Positions 24,241-29,613 of a DNA stretch of 29,613 nt are shown here, in pieces. Position 1 is the first letter of the stretch; every line of letters begins with the position of its first letter. Both the position numbers and the translations under genes were made by a program. The DNA comes from a virus (lineage: Duplodnaviria > Caudoviricetes): positions 1-29,613 of the IMG/VR virus record IMGVR_UViG_3300008266_000327. One strand, 5' to 3'. The notes under the pieces were generated by a model. The model saw nothing but the letters and a program-made list of their open reading frames with translations. It was not told the origin of the DNA and did no database searches.

Positions 24241-25482
24241 ATGACCGCCGTTCAGCCAAAGCACAGCCCTATTGGTGCATCGCAAGCGGAACGGTGGATG
24301 AACTGCCCTGGGAGTGTCGCGGCAATCGCGGCACTCCCGCCGGGGGAGCCATCCATTTACGCAGCGCAGGGAACAGTCGCTCACGCAGAAGCAGAGCGCA
24401 TTCTGGCTAACATCCAGGCTGGGAAAGATCCCGAGTGGGATAAAAACCTGGGGTATGAACTCGAAGCGGATGGATTTGACATAGAAGTGGACGACGAGAT
24501 GCTTGATGGCGTCCGTCAGTACGTTGAATACCTAACTAACACTCTCGAAAGATTAGGACTGTCAGCTAAAGACGACCTAGTGGTGGAGCAGAGATTCGCC
24601 CTAGAGCATATCGACAAAGAGGCTTACGGTACATCAGACGCCGTAATCGTTGCCCCGATGAACAGATTGTTCGTAGCTGACCTGAAATACGGACGGAGCT
24701 TTGTAAATCATGTCAATAATCCCCAACTCCGCATTTACGCGCTGGGTGCATACTATAAACTGCCCGAAATGGATAGGCTGGACTTATCTGGTGTCGAAAC
24801 TATCATCGCTCAGCCTAGAGTCGGACAGTTTCCCGATACCATACGAAGCGAGTTCATCGGAGTGGACGAACTACTGGCTTTCGAAAAAGATTACACAGCA
24901 GCTATCCTACGGGTTCGAATGGGTGATACAACTCGAAAAGCCGGTAAGTGGTGCAAATACTGTACCGCCAAGGCTACGTGTGAAGCGGTTAGGGAAGATA
25001 TCGCAAGGTCTGCGTTCGATGACTTCCAGCACGTACTCACCCGAGAAGTACAGCCGCCAGCCCCAGAAGCTCTCACAGAGCAACAACTTGCTTTCGTTCT
25101 TGATAACGCAGATCGAATTAAAGGCTGGGCGGACGACGTTTTCGGATATGCCTTCCGATTAGCTGAAGCCGGGAAGCGAGTTCCAGGGTGGAAGCTAGTT
25201 AAGAAGACCGGCAACCGGAAATGGAAGGACGTTACTAAAGCTGAGAAGCAAGTAGCGAAACTCCTGGACGACACCAAGCGCCCGAAGATGTACAAACCGC
25301 CAGTGCTTCAGTCACCAAATCAAATCGAGAAATTGCTGGGATCGAAGCGCAAAGCGGAAATCGAAGACCTGTACATGATTCCTGAAGGCAAACCAACGCT
25401 AGTTCGGGATGCTGACGCCAGGAAGAAGACAGCTCCCGCCATTGCTAGCGACTTTGCCGGTCTATTACTCGACAACCTATAG
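24241..25482 (+). CDS. DUF2800 Cas4-like PD-(D/E)XK exonuclease
   Basis: HSPIGASQAERWMNCPGS, AAQGTVAH, GTSD...DLKYG, NPQLRIYALG and GKWCKYCTAKATC motifs; start at ATG 24241. Confidence 0.9.
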   Translation: MTAVQPKHSPIGASQAERWMNCPGSVAAIAALPPGEPSIYAAQGTVAHAEAERILANIQAGKDPEWDKNLGYELEADGFDIEVDDEMLDGVRQYVEYLTNTLERLGLSAKDDLVVEQRFALEHIDKEAYGTSDAVIVAPMNRLFVADLKYGRSFVNHVNNPQLRIYALGAYYKLPEMDRLDLSGVETIIAQPRVGQFPDTIRSEFIGVDELLAFEKDYTAAILRVRMGDTTRKAGKWCKYCTAKATCEAVREDIARSAFDDFQHVLTREVQPPAPEALTEQQLAFVLDNADRIKGWADDVFGYAFRLAEAGKRVPGWKLVKKTGNRKWKDVTKAEKQVAKLLDDTKRPKMYKPPVLQSPNQIEKLLGSKRKAEIEDLYMIPEGKPTLVRDADARKKTAPAIASDFAGLLLDNL

Positions 25483-25493
25483 GAGTACTCAAC

Positions 25494-25727
25494 ATGATCC
25501 CCGTAGCGGCGGTCTGTAAACTAATATCTGTCCTGTTGGCAGCAGGGTTCGCCCTAACATTCCTCGTACTGTTTGTATGGCTAGCCGGGGCGATAGCCAT
25601 GACCCTCGTATCATCTATTAAATCGTTTGTGAAAGGACGGAAATCCATTGAAAACAAAAGCAATCGCAGTAGCTTTGATAGCACTGACAGTGACACTGAC
25701 TGGGTGCGCTACGATAGAACCCGGTGA
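25494..25727 (+). CDS. Small membrane protein (77 aa)
   Basis: AGGAG RBS; long hydrophobic segment; overlaps the next gene by 80 nt. Confidence 0.5.
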   Translation: MIPVAAVCKLISVLLAAGFALTFLVLFVWLAGAIAMTLVSSIKSFVKGRKSIENKSNRSSFDSTDSDTDWVRYDRTR

Positions 25728-26433
25728 GCGCGGCGTCAAGGTTGACATGGGCGTAGTGGACAAGCACTTAATCACTAATGGCGTCACGATGTACAACCCC
25801 CTGACATCCAGTATATATGAGTATAACGTGAAGCAGGACACTGTGACTGGAGAAGCTAACCCCTTAACCAGTGACCAGCAGCCCATTTCTATCTCTTACC
25901 GAGTTCAATATAAGATCCCTGAAGGCCAAGTACTGAATTTGTTTGAGAACGTAAAGGGTGATCCTTACGAGACGCTAGTGGTTCCTCAAATCCAGGAGGC
26001 ATTCCGCCAAGTAGTCAGTAAGTATAAGGCTGACTACGTTACCGCTAACGTCAATACGGTGAAAGATCAGGTAGTCGCCCAGGTGCGTAACGCACTCAAC
26101 GGCCAAATGACTGTCATCGATATCCCCATTACCCACGTAGACCTTCCGAAACCGCTGCAAATTGCCATCATCGAGAAGCAACAGATGGAAATGCAAGCAA
26201 AGAAGAAAGCCTACGAGCTTGACCGTGAGCGGAAGCAAGCTGAAATCACAGTAACAAAAGCCAAGGCTGAAGCTGAAAGCACCAAGTTAATGACCGAGGC
26301 TTTGCGTCAGTCGCCTGAGTTGGTGAAGTTCAAGATGGCCGAAGTCGAGCTGGAGAAAGCGAAGAAGTGGAACGGCCAGCTTCCCAGCACTGTGATGGGC
26401 GGCAACGCAAACACCATCTTCTCTCTGAAGTAG
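25648..26433 (+). CDS. SPFH/band 7/prohibitin-family lipoprotein
   Basis: Signal peptide with LTGC lipobox; IEPGERGVKV, AIIEKQ...KAKAEAE and KWNGQLP motifs. Confidence 0.9.
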   Translation: MKTKAIAVALIALTVTLTGCATIEPGERGVKVDMGVVDKHLITNGVTMYNPLTSSIYEYNVKQDTVTGEANPLTSDQQPISISYRVQYKIPEGQVLNLFENVKGDPYETLVVPQIQEAFRQVVSKYKADYVTANVNTVKDQVVAQVRNALNGQMTVIDIPITHVDLPKPLQIAIIEKQQMEMQAKKKAYELDRERKQAEITVTKAKAEAESTKLMTEALRQSPELVKFKMAEVELEKAKKWNGQLPSTVMGGNANTIFSLK

Positions 26434-26502
26434 CCTAGACGCTTGGCTGAAAGCGATCAACCACGTTAAACCCGTTAATAGAAGCTAAATAAGGAAACCG
26501 TC

Positions 26503-27159
26503 ATGACTGATAAAGTGACTACCTGCGTATTTCGTTGTTCCTTCCTGGAGCTGTTCAAGCCGAAAGCTAACACTAACGGCAAGTCCAGCTACGGCGTGAC
26601 GATGATCATCGACCCCGCCAACATGACAGAGCAGGACAAGATGCTGTTCGAAGGAATGAAGCGGATTGTCCAGCAAGCCCTGGAAGAGAAACACGGCACG
26701 AAGGTTCCTTCGTTCTGGCGCTCTCCCTTTCGCAAGGGTCAGCAGAAGACGCAGGAGTATCCGCTGGGCTATGACCTCGCCAAGTACCCTGAGTACGAGG
26801 GGATGATTATTGCCAGCGCTCGCGCCTACGGCACACCTCCTGGCGTTGTGGATGCCAGTACCGGTGTGTTGGTGTATCCCCCTGATTTCACAGGCCAGAT
26901 CATTGCGCCCCACGAGAAAGAACAGGCTGAGAAAGAGTACGAAGCTAAGTTCTACAGCGGGATGTATGCTCGGGCATCCGTCACTGCCTACTGGTACGAT
27001 AAGGAAGGCAACCAGGGCATCGGCTTCAGCCTCCAGAACTTCATGAAGGCGGCTGATGGCGAACCTCTGGGTGGCGGCAAAGGCAATCCTTCCGATGACT
27101 TCGCGGCATTCGCTCAGCCCGCAATGGCTGGCGCGAATATCGATCTCTTCGACCTGTAG
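26503..27159 (+). CDS. DUF2815 single-stranded DNA-binding protein (T7 gp2.5-like)
   Basis: RCSFLELFKPK, FYSGMYARASV, GNQGIGFSLQNFMK and DGEPLGG...DDF motifs. Confidence 0.88.
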   Translation: MTDKVTTCVFRCSFLELFKPKANTNGKSSYGVTMIIDPANMTEQDKMLFEGMKRIVQQALEEKHGTKVPSFWRSPFRKGQQKTQEYPLGYDLAKYPEYEGMIIASARAYGTPPGVVDASTGVLVYPPDFTGQIIAPHEKEQAEKEYEAKFYSGMYARASVTAYWYDKEGNQGIGFSLQNFMKAADGEPLGGGKGNPSDDFAAFAQPAMAGANIDLFDL

Positions 27160-27168
27160 GGGGTACTG

Positions 27169-27333
27169 ATGGCCCGTACCGACTACAGCCGGATGAAACC
27201 GTATGATGAGTTGTCTACCAAGGAAAAGCGCGAGCGCGAGAAGCGCTTCGCTAATCCGAAGAAGACAAAACACGCTCGCCGGAACTGGGATACCCGGTTC
27301 CCGAGCAAGGAAAGGGAAGATCATGACTCGTGA
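27169..27333 (+). CDS. Small basic protein (54 aa), absent from the ORF track
   Basis: AGGGGG RBS; MARTDYSRMKPYDELSTKEKREREKRFANPKK...; overlaps the next start. Confidence 0.55.
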   Translation: MARTDYSRMKPYDELSTKEKREREKRFANPKKTKHARRNWDTRFPSKEREDHDS

Positions 27334-27634
27334 ACCATACTGGATTCAGCTCGAACAGAAAGCTGATGCCAGCAACGAAACCGGCGCAAGGCATATCAAC
27401 TTGGCTGACATCTCCACAGTGCGCTTTAAACGGGATTCAATGAATACCGAGAAGTTCATTATGGCTGAAGCCAAGCTGTATGACGATAAGCTAATCCTTG
27501 TCTGGGACGGAGAAGTAGCTGATCGATTCATGCGTTACTGGTTGACCTACCTGGGCGATAAGCTCCCCGAGGAGCGCATCGACCCACGAGGCAAAGCCGG
27601 TCTAGTATATCTCCCGGATAGCGCCCGGAGATAG
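27323..27634 (+). CDS. Hypothetical protein (103 aa)
   Basis: AAGGGAAG RBS before ATG 27323 (MTREPYWIQL...HINLADISTVRF). Confidence 0.65.
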   Translation: MTREPYWIQLEQKADASNETGARHINLADISTVRFKRDSMNTEKFIMAEAKLYDDKLILVWDGEVADRFMRYWLTYLGDKLPEERIDPRGKAGLVYLPDSARR

Positions 27635-27707
27635 CACCCCTTCCCGATGAGGCGCATCGGATAGTCCGTTAGAGTAACTGTTTATATTGATAGAAAGCGA
27701 GAACATC

Positions 27708-27998
27708 ATGACTGAAGAACTGAACAACGAGAACCTGAACCCGGAAACCCAAGAGGTAAACACCACTCCGGGGGAGCTGAATACTGTGCAAGACGGGATT
27801 TGCCCAGAAGCACCTGCCCCAGATGCGGAAGGCGAGACTGCCCAGCCGTCTGTGGAAGATGTGGAAAGCTCGGATGCGGGTTCTGGAACGGAGCAACAAG
27901 AGACTGCGGATATCACGGATACCGAAACCGATTTCTCGAATGCCGATGAAGACGGCAACGATGATTCCGAAGATGAAGAGTCCGAGGAAAACGTCTAG
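27708..27998 (+). CDS. Very acidic, low-complexity protein (96 aa)
   Basis: Glu/Asp-rich with no Lys or Arg from ATG 27708; abuts the polymerase start. Confidence 0.65.
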   Translation: MTEELNNENLNPETQEVNTTPGELNTVQDGICPEAPAPDAEGETAQPSVEDVESSDAGSGTEQQETADITDTETDFSNADEDGNDDSEDEESEENV

Positions 27999-28000
27999 TC

Positions 28001-29613
28001 ATGCTGAATGTTCATCTCGACTTTGAAACTCGAAGCGAGCTGAGCGTGAAGGACGTAGGGGGGTGGGTCTACTCGACCCACCCTTCTACAGAACCCATTT
28101 GCTTGGCCTATCAAGTGAACAACTTGCCCATCGTATCCTGGGAACTGGGAACCTTTCAGTACTACAGAGCAATGGGCGGCATTGAACTGGAAGAATTGTA
28201 CCGCCTAGCGGCTGATCCCACAGTAATTTTCGTAGCCCACAATGCCTTCTTCGAGCAGTGCATCTGGGCTAACATCATGGTTCCGAAATACGGAATGCCA
28301 CCAATCCCCATCCGCCGCTGGCGTTGTACCGCTGCAAAGGCGGCGTCCTATGGTTTACCGCGCTCATTGGAAGGCGTTGGTACTGCTCTTAACCTTCCTA
28401 TCCAAAAGGATAAGGAGGGCAACAAGACTATGCTCAAGTGTTCACGGCCACGTAAGCCTACCAAGAACAACCCAAACCGTTGGAACGAAGATCCGGCAGA
28501 CCTCAAAAGAACCTATGCGTACAACATCCAGGACGTTCAGACGGAAAAGCTCGTAGACGATGCTCTGCGCGACCTGAACGCATTCGAACAAGAATTGTGG
28601 TTCCTAGACCAGGAAATCAATTTCCGTGGCATCCAGCTTGATATAGCCGCCGTCCGTAAGATGCTTGAACTCATCGAACAGACAACCACTGAGCTGGGCG
28701 CAGAGTTCCGCAGAGTAACGAACGGTGCAGTAGACAGTCCTAGTCAAGTTGTAAAGTATCGCCAGTGGCTAGCGGACAACGGCCTGTTGCTAGAGAACCT
28801 ACAAGCACCAACAGTGGACGCCGCTATCAAGGTTCTCCCTCCCGGCGCTGTCCGACGATCCCTTGAGATCAGGCGTCAGCTCTCTAAAATATCCACGGCC
28901 AAGTACGAGGGGATGATTGAGCGCTCCGACATGCGGGATCAGCGGCTCAGAGAGTGCTTCCTTTATGGTGCGGCACACACTGGGCGTTGGGGTGGACGTG
29001 GTGTACAGGTACATAACTTGCCTAGAGGTACTACCGATAGCGATATCGCTGTTCGGGTAGCTATGGGTAGTGACTATGACTGGTTCAAGGAAGTGTATCC
29101 TGATCCGATGGAAGCCTATAGCTCGTCTCTGCGAGGTATGCTGATTGCTGGCCGGGGCAAAGATCTGATTGTGGCTGACTACGCTTCGATTGAAGCCAGA
29201 GTACTGGCCTGGATCGCTGATCAGCAGTCAACTCTCGACATCTTCCGGCGCGATGAGGACGTATATTGTTACGAAGCCTGCGGTATCTATGGCCGCACAA
29301 TCACAAAGAAGGATAAGTATGAACGTAGTGTTGGCAAAGTATCTGTCCTGGCTCTGGGTTATCAGGGTGGCATCGGGGCATTCGGCACAATGGCCCGAGC
29401 TTACAGTGTGGATCTCCGCCCTGCATTCGAGCTATTGTGGCCTACCGCTTCAACCCAAGAGCGAGAAAAAGCTACCCGAGCTTACGGGGGATACATGGGG
29501 CGGTGTAAACAGAACGGAGAACTTGATCCCCTAGACCGAGAGAGCGCCATTGCCGCTGACATCATCAAGCAACGCTGGCGTGAAGCTAACCCGAAAGTAG
29601 TTAGCTTGTGGTA
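28001..29613 (+). CDS. polA: Family A DNA polymerase (phage APSE-like), truncated by the window end
   Basis: MLNVHLDFETRS exonuclease motif I, AHNAFFE, HTGRWGG, motif A (ADYASIEARVLAW) and motif B (RSVGKVSVLALGYQGG), in a frame open to the end. Confidence 0.95.
   Translation, partial: MLNVHLDFETRSELSVKDVGGWVYSTHPSTEPICLAYQVNNLPIVSWELGTFQYYRAMGGIELEELYRLAADPTVIFVAHNAFFEQCIWANIMVPKYGMPPIPIRRWRCTAAKAASYGLPRSLEGVGTALNLPIQKDKEGNKTMLKCSRPRKPTKNNPNRWNEDPADLKRTYAYNIQDVQTEKLVDDALRDLNAFEQELWFLDQEINFRGIQLDIAAVRKMLELIEQTTTELGAEFRRVTNGAVDSPSQVVKYRQWLADNGLLLENLQAPTVDAAIKVLPPGAVRRSLEIRRQLSKISTAKYEGMIERSDMRDQRLRECFLYGAAHTGRWGGRGVQVHNLPRGTTDSDIAVRVAMGSDYDWFKEVYPDPMEAYSSSLRGMLIAGRGKDLIVADYASIEARVLAWIADQQSTLDIFRRDEDVYCYEACGIYGRTITKKDKYERSVGKVSVLALGYQGGIGAFGTMARAYSVDLRPAFELLWPTASTQEREKATRAYGGYMGRCKQNGELDPLDRESAIAADIIKQRWREANPKVVSLW

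Noticed and set aside
24241-25482. Cas4-like gene as part of a CRISPR-Cas system
   Set aside because: No array or other cas genes; it sits in the standard DUF2800-DUF2815-PolA phage replication block.
26485-27324. Long antisense ORFs (279 aa here; also 7090-7818, 11565-12164, 892-1386)
   Set aside because: Shadow frames opposite well-supported genes, with no RBS or recognisable motifs.
1-29613. Genome-wide stop-codon reassignment (TAG to Gln)
   Set aside because: TAG ends many genes exactly at gene junctions (768, 3316, 6916, 22367, 24239, 27159), and long genes are intact in the standard code.

Overview
The window is a ~29.6 kb segment of a podovirus-like dsDNA phage, APSE/BPP-1-like in architecture, with no phage RNA polymerase or integrase visible. 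The left arm (1-14.3 kb, minus strand) is the virion/packaging operon: internal virion proteins, tail tubular A and B, capsid, scaffold, portal and terminase. A repeat-rich divergent control region (14.35-15.15 kb) separates it from a plus-strand arm. That arm carries AT-richer early hypothetical genes followed by a replication module: primase-polymerase/VirE, SNF2 helicase, Cas4-like DUF2800 nuclease, DUF2815 SSB and family A DNA polymerase running off the end. The standout feature is three same-strand type I hammerhead ribozymes in the early region (15561-15686, 16091-16144, 17085-17145). They share an identical stem I and co-varying stem III, and each is predicted to cut 28-31 nt upstream of a start codon with an RBS. 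This suggests a self-processing early operon whose excised 458-nt and 1001-nt cistron units could also circularise. A second notable signal is a shared acidic-hydrophobic C-terminal tag (about D-L-L-A-D-L-stop) on several unrelated replication and packaging proteins. All product calls come from motif and synteny recognition; no database searches were run.
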